Below are positions 1-12,633 of a stretch of 64,000 bases of DNA, piece by piece. A program made the translations under genes and the position numbers. Position 1 is the first letter of the stretch. Each line of letters begins with the position of its first letter. The stretch spans positions 5,146,001 through 5,210,000 of the forward strand of contig CATNEN010000039.1 of the NCBI GenBank assembly GCA_950097015.1, given 5' to 3'. Source of the stretch: Macrostomum hystrix. Lineage: Eukaryota > Animalia > Platyhelminthes. The notes under the pieces were generated by a model. It saw nothing but the letters and a program-made list of their open reading frames with translations. It made no database searches and was not told the DNA's origin.

Positions 1-1
1 C

Positions 2-3000
2 CTGGCCTGCTCTGGCGACGGTCTCATCAGAATCGCTCGCCTGCCCGCCGCTAGTCAACTAATACTCGTATCTCCAACAGATAATCCCATTGCCGAGCCA
101 CTGGGACCCTGTCTGAACCTTGGCCTCGCCAGTGTTCTAGTCTCTTCCTCTGCAGAATCTGGAAATGACTGCAGCGGTGAGCAGCAGCAGCAGCAGCTGG
201 CTAAATACGGTTGGCCCACTTGTCTGGAGGTGCGCTACGACTCGCCCCAGCCGGTGCTGGTGCTGGCCGGCTTTTCTAGCGGCCTGTGCGCCGCCTGGCA
301 CCTGGACTGCGTGCAATTTCACCATCGATCTGTTGGCGATGTTCAAGGACTGCGGTAATAACCTGCTTTAAAATTATCTGCTATTTAGTTATTTACAGTA
401 GCTAGTAACGAGTTTTATTATAGGGGGCGAGTGGGTCAGCGGCTAACGTCGCTGCCTCGCACTCCAAAGGACGCTAGTTCGATTCACCCTTTAAGTCACG
501 ATTAATTTCGGGACTTGTTGGGGGGGTTTGGACAGTAGCGACAGGCGGGGGTGCACCATATTTCGTGCAATCAAAGCTTGAAATAATAGCTTCGCTCCTA
601 CCTTCTGTGTGCCTGTTCTGCGTTGTGTGAGTTGTGTGCGTTGGCGCTGGGGCGTGAGACCTTGCGGGGGGTGTCTGGAGGGTGGGTGTACTTGGCCTCT
701 CGCACCAAGGTCCCTGAGCTCGATTCCGCTGCTAGGCCGCATTCATTTGGGGTGCAGTCGCGGAGAGAAGGCTTGGGGGGCTTGTCGTGAAATTTAGGCC
801 CTTAAGGGCCCACCTCCAAGACACAGTGAAAGTTTAAACTTCCTGACTATGAGAAAGCCAGGGCAGATGTACACACCTGTGTGAGCGTGTACCTGCGTAT
901 AGTATCTGTGTGCGTGTGTGCTCAAAGTGTCATAGAAATGGACAGAATTGCCTCCTCGCTGGCTGCGGGTCTAGTGTCACCAAATGATGTGCCATTGCCC
1001 GCAGCTGTCTGGCAATTATTATTATTATTATACAGTGTTTTAAGTGTCTTGCTAAAGGGACACAAATTGTTCCAGTGGAGTCAGGGATCGAACCCCGACC
1101 TACTAGGCTACAGATTTTGGTTACGTTCCGCTTAAACTATTTTCATCGGACTCGACAGTCAGTTAGCCTTCTCACCCCAAATCGACAACCCCTCCCCCGC
1201 AGCTATTCGGCCAAGTCGGCCTACCTGAACGCCAGCCGGGTCTGGCTGGCCAATCCAATCCGAGCACCGGTGCTGGCCATGCGCCTGGAGCCGGAGTGTG
1301 GCGATACCCTGGCAGTGAGCTGCGCCGATCGCCGAGTCCGACTGTACTCTTTGTCCCAGCTGGCTGGGGCGCATCCGGCTCAGCTGCTGCGACTGCCGCT
1401 TCACAGCCTGGCCAGGTAGAACCCGCATCCTGCCTGTGCTAATCTGCATCTCAATCTATTGTCTGCACATGCCACACCCCCCACCAACACAGAGACCTGG
1501 CCTGGTGCAGCCATGGTGTGCTGCTCTGCGCCAGCGAACTCTGCGGAGCTCCCAGCGAAGCCTCGTCAGCCGGCGCCTCCGCTCTGACCGGCCACCCGGT
1601 GACCGCCGGACACTCAGCCAGCCTTGACGACTCTGTGCAGTCGGGCTGGCGACTGGCCCACAGTCCGCTGCGAGACGGCCTGGCCACTGCGCGCCTCAGC
1701 GGCCAAGTTCGAGTCTCCCAACTGCCAGTGTCGATGCTTTTTCAGTCGCGTCGCGGACTTCGCCATTCGCCGATGTTGTCGCTGCAGCAGGCCACACCCA
1801 GCCGGCCCTGGCTGGCGGCCAACCTGATTGGCTGCGAATCAGCGGTCGCTCTGGCCAGCTGTCCTGACTGTCCGACCTGCTGTCACAGCGCAGTCCGCTG
1901 TTACGCCTGCGTCCGAGCCACGCATCGCCTCCGGCTGACTCTGCCGCCTTCGACGTCCATGATGGCCGCCCTCGCCTCTGACGCCAAGAAGAAGCTGGCG
2001 CCGCTGAACGAGACGGAGCTAGCCCAGCTGTACCCTATGCACCTGGCCCAGTGCCTGGACTGGAGCCGAAACCCGGCCGGCTCTGATTGGCTGGCTGTCG
2101 GGCTCAACTGCGGCCTGGTCCGATTGGCCAGAGTCGATTGTTTAACGGAAGCTCCCAGCTACGGGCCTTTAGCAGACGTCTACTTCAGCTTGGCTGACGA
2201 TTTCGAAGCCCGCCTAGCCGATGCCGTTAGCCAAGCTGCGGCCGACATCGAAGTGGCGCCGGTAAAACTTATCGGCCGGCCGCGCAAGAAGGCCAAAGAG
2301 GCAAAGAAGCTGGCCCAAACCACGGCCCGCCGACGCGGTAGGCCGCCAAAAAATAAGTCGAAGGCATCGTTGAATGCCGCAGATACTGCCACTGCCCCCG
2401 CCGCCGCCACAAAATCTTCTTCCAGCCCTTCGAAAGTGCAATCCAAGCCGTCAAGTATCTCACAGTCTTTGTTGGCCATTGCAAAGTCTGCCCCGCCTCT
2501 GCCCAATGTCAAAGTACTTTTCGGCTCCTCTACACCGGCCCCCCGAGACAGAGAATCGACGATTGAAAGTGAAGATTCGACTCGTTCAACTATTTCAAAA
2601 GCAACGCCGCCTGTCACCAAGACGAAGGCTTTGAAAAGAGCAACGCCTGAGTCAATGATGACAAAGACATCGTCCGTTTCTTCCACTGCGTCAGTGTCGG
2701 CGTCATTGAGTTTGAACACCTCCGCATCATCAGCTGTCAATGCGGGGTCGGCTACAAATGCCAAGGTTTCGATTGTTGCCGTGACGCTGTCCTCATCGGC
2801 TTCAGAATCCACTCCGAAAGCTTCGGGTTCGTCAGTCTCAGTCTCGGTGGCAAGTCCTGCAGTTTCCGCTGATGGCATTTCTTCTCCAGTTGGTTCAAAA
2901 ACAGCTGTTCAAATTTTCCCAGTGTCGCCGGCGGCTTTGCAAAACACAAAATATAAATATCAAGTGGTCACCGCATTGCCACCCAAACTGTCCCAATCGT

Positions 3001-3851
3001 CAACTAATTGTGTTGCCGCTTCGCCATCGATAACTTCAAAGTCCACCAATTCAAGTACGGCTTCATCAGCGTCGACGATTTTCAAGTCGGTGAATTCAAG
3101 TGTAGCTACGTCTTCGTCAACGGTTCCGAAATCGTTAGCTCCTGCTGTAGCCGCCTCGCCGTCGACGATCGCTAAATCATCAGCTCCAGTTGTAGCCGCG
3201 TCGCCTTCCACTTCAGCAAACTCTTCGTTGCCAAAAGTAGAAGCGACTCCCACGCCTCTATTTGTTGCTGTCTCGCCGGCTCAATTAGTAAAAGCTTCGC
3301 CATCATCTCTAAAGCAGCAGCAGCAGCAGCAACCACAGCAGACATCGATAGTTCCTAGCCAACCTGGAACTAAAGTCAATGTGCAGGTATGTTTTATAAT
3401 TGCAATTGCAATTAGCTAGCGATAAGTGATTTACATTAGAGCTACCTATCGCAGAGGCTATGCAAGCACGATAGAACTGTGGCCAACATCCTCCACCCAA
3501 CAGGCTCCTGGCGCGGCAGGCGGTTTGAAACGCAAGCTGAGCGGGGGCGGCGACGAATTTGAGAAGTCGGCAAAGCTGGCCAAGCCGGCGCCAGCGCCAG
3601 CCGTCGCTCGCAGTGGAGTGTTCAAGTACTCAGCCGAGCAGCTGGCCCAGATGATGGAGCGAATTCGCCAGTTTGAGCAGGACCCGGAGAGCATCTTCGA
3701 GGACGGAGGAGCAGTGGCGCAGCGAGTTGGCGACCGAGCCCGGGGCGGTCGAGGTGGTCTAGGCCGCGGTCGAGGTGGTCGAGGCCGCGGTCGAGGTGGC
3801 CGAGGTCGCGGTCGAGTTGGCCGAGGCCGAGGCTGCGGCGAGTTAGACTAG
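2..3851 (+). CDS. GTF3C2: General transcription factor IIIC subunit 2 (TFIIIC110/Tfc6)-like WD40 protein, 5'-partial; exons <2-354, 1203-1415, 1493-3386, 3504-3851
   Basis: Frame-consistent GT-AG junctions. WD40-like segments LACSGDGLIRIARLP, LAGFSSGLCAAWHL and LAVSCADRRVRLYSL. The final blade CLDWSRNPAGSDWLAVGLNCGLVRL resembles, from memory, the GTF3C2 C-terminal blade. It is followed by AT-hook-like GRPRK and RRGRPP, an S/T/A/P-rich region and an RG-rich tail. Confidence 0.7.
423..492 (+). mobile_element. tRNA-like SINE head (Pol III A/B box) in intron
   Basis: ggggcgagtgggtcagcggctaa...ctagttcgattcaccct: A-box-like and GTTCGA B-box-like motifs; does not close a full cloverleaf. Confidence 0.5.
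690..1031 (+). mobile_element. tRNA-derived SINE family A copy (5'-truncated), (TTA)n tail
   Basis: Shares gcctctcgcaccaaggtccctgagctcgattccgc...gagaaggcttgggggg...cagaattgcctcctcgctggctgcgggtctag with copies at ~19221, ~30440, ~33445(-) and ~42972. Confidence 0.75.
1031..1135 (-). mobile_element. tRNA-derived SINE family B copy
   Basis: Minus strand reads ggggttcgatccctgactccactggaacaatttgtgtccctttagcaagacacttaaaacactg; the same block occurs at ~30975 and ~41790. Confidence 0.6.
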
Positions 3852-4934
3852 CCGTAATAATTACTATTTTCATTCTACATGCGGCATTTCCATCCTCTCT
3901 GTGCATGACTTTGTAATTTTCATAATTAGTCTATTGCCATGGTTACAGGTGCTTTATGAATGTCTGCGTTTTAGTGTAAAGCTACCAATGCATTTTCACC
4001 CGGCGCAATTCTTTGAGATTTAATTGTAAAAAATATATTCTGCCTCGGCACTGTTTGTTTGTAATTTTTCAATTGATCATCGGATCAAGTAGTTAAGTAA
4101 TTTTATGGCTTTATCATATTGTTTCGTGTCATTAATTTCACAAGTGAAGTCGAATACTTCCATTTTCTAACGTGTGTCTGCCGTACCTCAAGATGCGATG
4201 TCCTACAATTTACACTAATCAGGACAACCCACCTGACAGCATTACCAGGAGACACAATTAGTTGAGTCTGTCTTCTATTGGTTCCTAAAACAATGGCATT
4301 TCTACTCGTGAAGTTAGTAGTAATTTGGCTAAATTTCAGATGTGTCCTAATTCCAGATCTCATTGGCCAGTAAACTCCTTATTTCTAGGCCTGCATGGGC
4401 GTCTGTAAAGAATAAGATTAGAGTCATTGTGTGGCCTAATGTGTTGCCGTGTACCCTATCTCAAACTCTATCCATTTAGTGCTCAATACATGTGAGTACA
4501 AAAGCTAGAATCGTATCCCTCCTCAGGGTCTCAGGTGGGCACAAGGAGAGGAGACTCTTCCTGTGTTTTGTGGCATGAAGGTGAGTACAGTCTGTAGATA
4601 TAGGCAACTTCTGCACTGCTGGAGGCGGACAGATAAAGTCAGGAATTAAAGGGGCCAGGCTTTTGGGAGAGAGGGTCAGAGTTTCCTCTTTCCCCACCCG
4701 ACCCCACCCCACCCCACCCTTCCCAAAAGACTAATATTTACTGCGTGATTTTGGATTTATTATTATTCTATTTACACAGTTGGTCATTACTCACTCTGCA
4801 TATCACTGAGACTAAAGCAAACAGCAATAAGCAGCAATTTATTGAAAAATGCCCTTTTTTCTTTGAAGCTAATTATATATTATTATAGCTAATTATAACT
4901 ATATCTTTGCCGGTTACTTCTGAGTTGTACAAGC

Positions 4935-7900
4935 ATGGAGGCTACCTTTATAGATGGACCTAGTGCCAATCTATTGGCAAATAAGGTAATTAAGAATTGT
5001 TTATTTTGACAGGTCAATTCCCTCATCTATAAATATTTATATCAACATTTTAACTCAAATTCCACTGTAGTCAGTGGAGGTCAATGCCCTCCTTCAACTC
5101 AAAGTCCACTAGTCAGTGGAGGTCAATGCCCTCCTTCAACTCAAAGTCCACTGTAGTCAGTGGAGGTCAATGCCCTCCTTCAACTCAAAGTCCACTGTAG
5201 TCAGTGGTGGTCAATGCCCTCCAACTCAAAGTCCACTGTAGTCAGTGAGAGTGGAGTTCGATTCCCTCATTTAACTCAATTCCACTATAGAGGAGGTCAA
5301 TGTCCACCTTCATCTCAAACTCCATTGTAGTGGAGGTCATGTCCACCTTCATCTCAATCTCCACTTTAGAGGAGGTCAATGTCCACCTTCATCTCAAAGT
5401 CCATCGTAGTGGAGGTCATGTCCACCTTCATCTCAAACTCAATTGTAGAGGAGGTCAATGTCCACCTTCATCTCAAACTCCACTGTAGAGGAGGTCAATG
5501 TCCACCTTCATCTCAAACTCCACTGTCAAGGAGGTCAATATCCACCTTCATCTCAAACTCCACTGTAGAGGAGGTCAATGTCCACCTTCATCTCAATCTC
5601 CACTGTAGAGGAGGTCAATGTCCACCTTCATCTCAAACTCCACTGTAGTGGAGGTCAATGTCCACCTTCATATCAAATCCACTGTATTGTTCAAAGCTAC
5701 TGGACCGTGTCTGTGAGGTAAAAGTACATTTTGTTCTCGATACCGTCGCAGTCCTCTCCGCAGCGATTGTCTCCGATGTCATTCGGCCTATCCGTCGGCC
5801 CGGCCGTGAATGGCGATATTCATGCCAGCCTAGTTTCGCCTAGCGGTCAGCGGAAGACGGCGATTGCGATCGAGGCCGAGGGCGACATGCCAGCGAGGCG
5901 GCTCTTGCTGCAGCCTGACGAGCTGGGATGTCACCAGATGCGACTGCTCGAGTCGGTAAGCGGACGCGAGTTGATTGGCTCGCCGTTTTACCTGCAAGTT
6001 GGCGAGGGAGCGGAAAAGTGCGGCGAGAGCGGATGTCGATCGCCCGGTGAAGGTAAGTTATATTGAGGCAGCGGTTCCTTGTACAGTTGTAGTAGTACGA
6101 GCTAGTTTGGTACAATCACCAATCCAGGGTGTCCACTCTCCACTTCCCAGACTCCAAATCGGGGTGTCCGCTATTCCCAGTCTCCTAATTCAGGGTGTCC
6201 ACTGTTCCTAGTCCAGTATTCTAGGGTGTCCACTGTTCCTAGTCTAGTAATCTAGGGTGTCCACTGTTCCTAGTCTAGTTATCTAGGGTGTCCACTGTTC
6301 CTAGTCCAGTAATCTAGGGCGTCCACTGTTCCTAGTCTAGTAATCTAGGGTGTCCACTGTTCCTAGTCCAGTAATCTAGGGTGTCCACTGTTCCTAGTCC
6401 AGTAATCTAGGGCGTCCACTGTTCCTAGTCTAGTAATCTAGGGTGTCCACTGTTCCTAGTCCAGTAATCTAGGGTGTCCACTGTTCCTAGTCCAGTAATC
6501 TAGGGTGTCCACTGTTCCTAGTCTAGTAATCTAGAGTGTCCACTTTTCCTTGTCTAGTAATCTAGGGTGTCCACTGTTCCTAGTCTAGTAATCTAGGGTG
6601 TCCACTGTTCCTAGTCCAGTAATCTAGGGTGTCCACTGTTCCTAGTCCAGTAATCTAGGGTGTCCACTGTTCCTAGTCCAGTAATCAAGGGTGTCCACTG
6701 TTCCTAGTCCAGTAATCTAGGGTGTCCAGTGTTCCTTGTCCAGTAATCTAGGGTGTCCACTGTTCCTAGTCCAGTAATCTAGGGTGTCCACTGTTCCTAG
6801 TCTAGTAATCTAGGGTGTCCACTGTTCCTAGTCCAGTAATCTAGGGTGTCCACTGTTCCTAGTCCAGTATTCTAGGGTGTCCACTGTTCCTAGTCTAGTT
6901 ATCTAGGGTGTCCACTGTTCCTAGTCCAGTAATCTAGGGCGTCCACTGTTCCTAGTCTAGTAATCTAGGGTGTCCACTGTTCCTAGTCCAGTAATCTAGG
7001 GTGTCCACTGTTCCTAGTCCAGTAATCTAGGGTGTCCACTGTTCCTAGTCCAGTAATCTATAGTGTCCCCTGTTCTCAGTCTCCAAATCCAGTGTGTCTA
7101 ATCTATATCCAACTAATCTCAGGCTGTGCAGTGAACTCAAAGTCTCCTGGAGTCACTATATTGTTTCTGGCCCTGGAAATCCGAGTCAACAAGCGTAAGA
7201 CCGCAGCTAAAGCTGGCTGGTGTCCGTTGCATTTTTAATCAGCAAGGTGTTAATCTTATCAATGATTATCAGCTATAGCTTCTATATTACTCGTATATAA
7301 ATTTAAGTGTAAAAATGTCACAACTAAATGGTTTTTATTGTTTAAATAACTTTCCATTGTAAAGCTGTCCTGTAGATTCTATCTTCTCTAATTTCTTATC
7401 ATCATCTTCTGAAAACGAAACTGATGTTGAAAACCCGGTGAATGCCTTGCACGTGTATTGACTACGTTTATATGAGCTCGAAAATATTTAACGCGTTTAT
7501 TGGATTTATGATGCGTAATGCTTCATTTTCCATTGTCTTACCGGACTCCTAATTCCCTAATCCAACTATCTCCTATTTCCTTAATCCCACAATCCCCTAA
7601 TCCCACGACCCCCCTAATCCCACAATCCCCTAATCCCACAATACTCCAATCCCCTAATCCCACAATACTCCAATCCCCTAATCCCCCAATTCCCTAATCC
7701 CACAATCCTCTAACTCCCTTATCCCACAATTCCCTAATTCCCTAATCTCACAATCCTCTAATTCCCTTATCCCACAATTCCCTAATTCCCTAATCTCACA
7801 ATCCTCTAACTCCCTTATCCCACAATTCCCTAATTCCCTAATCTCACAATCCTCTAACTCCCTTATCCCACAATTCCCTAATTCCCTAATCTCACAATCC

Positions 7901-10900
7901 TCTAACTCCCTTATCCCACAATTCCCTAATTCCCTAATCTCACAATCCTCTAACTCCCTTATCCCACAATTCCCTAATTCCCTAATCTCACAATCCCCAG
8001 TTTCCCTTATCCCACAATTCCCTAATTCCCTAATCTCACAATCCCTTAATTTCGAATCCACTAATTACTGAATCCCCAAGTTCATAAGCAGTTGAAATAC
8101 TACGCTATTTTTCCCGCTGAAGAAAAACCGCTGCCTACTTTAGGACAGCTCCGAAACCGAAAGACCAATTTCCGTGCAAGTCCAAAATTTTTATTCAACG
8201 ATTATTATCGAAAAGCCTGGTGGCAAGGGCAACTAACATTGCTCTGTGTAAGCCTCTAGGTCGAATCCATATTGTTTCAAGAATAGAATGAATACAATAC
8301 AATCAATAATGATAGCTGAAATGGTTCCATGATGTGCTTTGGTGAGCAGAAAAATTATGCCTAGATTGGTGCTTTTTGGCCACCTGACACCCCGACGAGA
8401 ATCATTGACTATCTCGACGATGCCGATGATTTGTGATTCTGGACGTTGTTTCATCGGATAGAGGCCTTGCAAATTTTTAAGACTGTGTTCTGGATTTTCA
8501 TGGCAATTCAGATTATCCACAGTCTTATCTCTCTTTCCGCAGACATGACTTTGGCCATAGACACTGGCGACAAGGGCTCAGCGATGCAGGCGGAAGATGC
8601 CAAATTTGTTCACTCGCAGCAACAGCAGCAGCAGTCTGTCCCGCGGGATGTCGTGCCACTGGAGCCCGGAGACTACACTTTGGCGCTGAAAATTTTCGAC
8701 ACAGCTGATAAAGATTTCGTCAATGGCAATCAAGGAGGCCCAATGACATTTAAGGTCATCAGCGTTATCAGCGGAGTCAAGCAGCTGGCCATTGTGGGCC
8801 GCGGCAAGCGGCTGCGGCTGCCCGTCTGGCTGGCGGATGCGGCTGCTGGCAGCGGTGAGACGGGGATTCACCGACGTGCCTGATCCCAGTAAGGGCTGAT
8901 CCCGATCAGCTTTAACGAGATCCCAAAAAAATTATCCCACAGATCCCAAAACAGATCTCAAATACTAGATCCCAAAACAGATCCCAAATACTAGATCCCA
9001 AAACAGATCCCAAATACTAGATCCCAAAACAGATCCCAAATAATAGATACCAAAACAGATCCCAAACACTAGATCCCAAATACTAGATCCCCAAAAGATC
9101 ATTTACATTTGATCCCATCAGCCGGAAAAATCCTACACATCCTTATTCTAAATGTCTATGGCAAAAGTCCCGATTATTTTACAATGCAGAGCTGTCGGCC
9201 GCAATCGCTGGCCCAGTCGGCGACTTTCGCCCGTGTCCGCTTCGCCGTCTGCCGGGCGGCCGCCTCGCCGTAGCCGTTTGTCCCAGCCAGCCGGGTCGGC
9301 ATCGAGTGCTCATTAAAGGTAGCGCTCAGCCGCTAACAGGTGTCACATCGACAGGGCAGTCCCTGTTCAGTCGGTCCTTCGACATCGACATCGCGCCCGG
9401 TGACATTGCTGACGCCAGCCAGGTGAAGCTGACTGGCCTCGGCGACTGTGAGATTCTAGAAAGCCGATTCTACACTGGCAGACGCTATCGCTTCGGTGCC
9501 GATGTTTCGGAGGCCGGCTACGGTCGACTCGCCGTTACCCTGACCGGACCCGGTCGGGTGCACATCGACGTCGAAGGCGAAGGCGAGGGCGAGGGCCATT
9601 GTAAAGGCGGACTTTGCCTCATTTCTTACCTGGCAACGCTGCCGGGCGAGTATGCTCTGTCGGTGCTCTACGGCGGCTGTCACGTGACTGGAAGTCCGTG
9701 GAAGATGACCTTTATTACGCCAGCAACCACCGCGCCGATTTCGGCACGCGATTCTGGACCGGTTCCGACGCCTCTAAAGGATGCAGAGAGTGTCGCTCTC
9801 GTGTCGGACGGTGAAGACAGTGATAGTGGACATGGCTGCTCAACTGAGCAGGTGAGGGTGGGCTTCTACCTGGTTGATTCACCCAGCTGTGAAGTAGGTG
9901 CCAGCATTACCTGCGGACAGAAATTTGGGTACCACAGTCCACGGACTGAATGCGTACGCTGACTTTCAACCAATCGCCAAGAAAATGCGGAACACGGTCT
10001 AAAATTTTCCGCTCTATCCGATTAAGCAACTTCCAGAATCACAAACATCGGCATCGTCAAGATATTCAAGGATTCTCTTCGGAGTGTCTGGGGGCAAGAA
10101 CCGCAAAAATCGACATATTTTTGTCGGCCATGTCGGCTGTAAAAATTATAAATTTTGAAGCAATATGGATTTGCCATATAAGTTGATACAGAGAAATCTT
10201 ACTTCTCCTTGTCACCAGGGTCTTCGACAAGAATCGCTGAATATCTCGACGATGCTGACGTCGGATGGCTTCGAAAGTTTGTTCATCGTAAAGGGCAGAA
10301 AAATTAGATTCAGATGGTGGACTTTCACGAAAATCGGTCATTCGGTTTGGGAGCTTTTGAAATACCCCCAGTGGTATATTGCGGGGACTCTCTACTGCTA
10401 ATTGGGTTTGTTGCCTAGTTGGATAGAGCATCGGACTTGCAAATTGAAGGTCATGGGTTCGATTCTCGACTCAACAGGAGCAGTCTTCAGATTCGCGCTG
10501 CAATAGCTGCGGCTATGCTTGCGGCTGCACATCTGGCCTATTTAGGCCAGGTACAATCGGTTAAGTTTACTGTTCTAGAGTAACATTTTAACAAAATAAT
10601 TCCACGAACCCCTGTCCGCAAGAAGTCTCACCTCAGTGCCCCAGAGTCTAGCCAAGGCCTGCTACACGGTCGCGTGAATCTGCCGAATCGCATTCTCGTT
10701 GCATTTGCTGACTCCGCATCATCGCCGTTGACTTCCTCGGATCTCGCCGTCGTTGTTGAAGGTCCGTCGAAGGCGCTTCTCTCGGTTAGTGATCTACTGG
10801 ACATTGCCAGCGGCTGCCAAATCGACTGGACAGTGCCTCGCCCTGGCATCTATCGGGTTGGCATCAGCATAAACGGCTGCCATGTCGAAGGCTCGCCGCG

Positions 10901-12633
10901 ACTGGTTAGAATCTTCGGCGAGGGCGGTGGCGCCTACGACAACTTCAAAGGTGGTGAAATGTGCCTTAATATAGACAGCGAACGTCAGTACACTACTGTC
11001 TACGGCGAACAAAAGTACACTGATCTTGAGGGCGAACTTCAGAACGCTAATGTCGACGGCGAACGTCGGATCGCAATTGTCGACGGTGAAAATCGGATCA
11101 CTAATGTCGATGGCGAACATCAGTACACTGACCTTAGCGGTGAAAGTCAATCCGCTAATGTCGACGGCGAATGTCAGAGCACTAATGTCGATGGCGATCG
11201 TCAAGGCACTAATGTCGACGGTGAACATCGGAACACTAATGTCGATGGCGAACGCCAGCACACTGATCTTGACAGCGCACGCCATGGCCCTAGTGTCGAC
11301 GGTGAATATCAGTACTCTGATCTTAAAGGCGAACGTCAGTACGCTAATGTCGACGGCGAACGCCAGGGCCCTAATGTCGACGGCGAAAATAGAAAAACTG
11401 ATGTTGACCGCGAAAAGAATTACACTAATCTCGACGGCGAACATCAGAGCACTAATGTCGACGACGAACATAAGCACTCTGATCTTAAAGGCGAACATCA
11501 GCATGCTAATGTCGACGGCGAACGCCAGGGCACTAATGTTGACGGTAAACATCGTTACACTAACATCGAATGGGAAAATCGGTACGGCGAAAGAAACTAT
11601 TTTGGGATAGACGTCGATGCTAAGTACGTCGACGTCGTGGATGTGGGCCCAAAGCACCTCTTGTGCCGTTGCCCATCTCCGCGCATATTCGGCGCGGCTC
11701 TCCTCGACGCATCGACGTCCTCGCCAATCTTGGTCGGTTCGCCGTCGCGTTTTCGCCTTCTCGCCTGTCGTCGCCGAGTTGGCGTCGTAGCCGTTAGCCT
11801 GGACGGGCCAGCCAAGTGCCGCAGCTTGACGGCCAGACAAATTGAAGAGGCTGATGAGTGTGCCGTGTGCTATGATTTTGACTTCTCACTGGACATGGCG
11901 GGCCGCTACACCGTCAGTGTGCGATGCGGCTTGGACGAAGCTCTCCTGCAGCACGTGGACGGTGAGCACAGCTGCTCAGCATTGCTGAGAGTCTGGCTAG
12001 TCTATTCTTCCCGCTGGCTAGTCTGTTCTTCCCACTGGCTAGTCTATTCTTCCCACTGGCTAGTCTATTCTTCCCGCTGGCTAGTCTATTCTTCCCGCTG
12101 GCTAGTCTTTTCTTCCCGCTGGCTAGTCTATTCTTCCCGCTGGCTAGTCTATTCTTCCCGCTGGCTAGTCTATTCTTCCCGCTGGCTAGTCTATTCTTCC
12201 CGCTGGCTAGTCTATTCTTCCCGCTGGCTAGTCTTTTCTTCCCACTGGCTGTTCCCACTGGCTAGTCCTTCTCTCCGTCCACGCAGGCTCTCCGTTTCGC
12301 ATCGAAGTTGTCGCAGTTTCCACCAGCCCGTCAGCAGTTGCCGCTAGCCGGATTGTCTGCACCGGCTGCGGACTTCGCGACGCCACAGAATTTCGAACTG
12401 CCGTTGTCACAGTCGATGCCAGAGCGGCTGGCGCCGGCACTCTCATGGCCGAGCTTCTGGATGCTTCTGGAGGCCCGACCGGAGCTGTCGAGGTCAGGCG
12501 CCTGGCATCGGCGGGTGTCTTTAGCGTGGCCTTCAAGCCTTGGCAGGCTGGCCCTCATTGGCTGAGCATCGCCTGGGACGGATGTTACGTGACCGGGTCC
12601 CCCTTCGCGGTTCTGGTGGCGCCAACTTCTTAG
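4935..12633 (+). CDS. Filamin (Ig-like ABP-280) repeat protein; predicted exons 4935-4985 (tentative), 5752-6052, 8543-8854, 9190-9851, ~10623-11961, 12287-12633
   Basis: Exon phases chain in frame. Repeated filamin signatures: LIGSPFYLQV, AGYGRLAVTLTGPG...YLATLPGEYALSVLYGGCHVTGSPW, PGIYRVGISINGCHVEGSP, HVDGSPFRIEV, FKPWQAGPHWLSIAWDGCYVTGSPF. No actin-binding CH domains seen. Confidence 0.8.
5053..5690. repeat. Minisatellite, ~39-43 bp unit (ctcaaactccactgtagaggaggtcaatgtccaccttcat), two related sub-arrays
   Basis: Directly visible tandem copies, intronic. Confidence 0.9.
6190..7070. repeat. Minisatellite, 31-bp unit (tagtccagtaatctagggtgtccactgttcc)
   Basis: Directly visible, about 27 copies. 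Confidence 0.95.
7548..8050. repeat. Minisatellite, 48-bp unit containing CCCTAA motifs
   Basis: Directly visible; gives a spurious 16-aa repeat ORF on the minus strand. Confidence 0.9.
8330..8460. mobile_element. Dispersed repeat / MITE-like fragment (other copies ~10030-10265 and ~32040-32195)
   Basis: The motif cagacaccccgacgagaatc..tgaatatctcgacgatgccgatg recurs at three loci, in both orientations within the 10030 and 32040 copies. Confidence 0.5.
8930..9100. repeat. Minisatellite, ~26-bp unit (agatcccaaaacagatcccaaatact)
   Basis: Directly visible. Confidence 0.85.
10030..10265. mobile_element. MITE-like element with internal inverted copies of the dispersed motif
   Basis: catcggcatcgtcaagatattcaaggattctcttcgga...tcttcgacaagaatcgctgaatatctcgacgatgctgacg form imperfect inverted arms. 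Confidence 0.5.
10404..10555 (+). mobile_element. tRNA-derived SINE family B copy (tRNA-Cys-like head, internally deleted)
   Basis: gcctagttggatagagcatcggacttgcaaattgaaggtcatgggttcgattc has D-arm, GCA anticodon-like loop and T-loop; the 3' gcagtcttcaga..gctgcggctatgct matches the copies at ~31065 and ~41950. Confidence 0.6.
11993..12268. repeat. Intronic minisatellite, 21-bp unit (ctggctagtctattcttcccg)
   Basis: Lies between the donor at 11962 and the acceptor at 12286. Confidence 0.9.

Noticed and set aside
7548-8050. Interstitial telomere
   Set aside because: CCCTAA hexamers are embedded in a 48-bp unit, not in tandem (TTAGGG)n.
10404-10480. Functional tRNA-Cys gene
   Set aside because: The acceptor stem does not pair and it continues into SINE body sequence; treated as a SINE head (likewise 423-492).
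11962-12347. WLVYSSR repeat at the end of the 557-aa ORF
   Set aside because: Lies in a GT-AG intron whose removal restores the filamin motif HVDGSPF.
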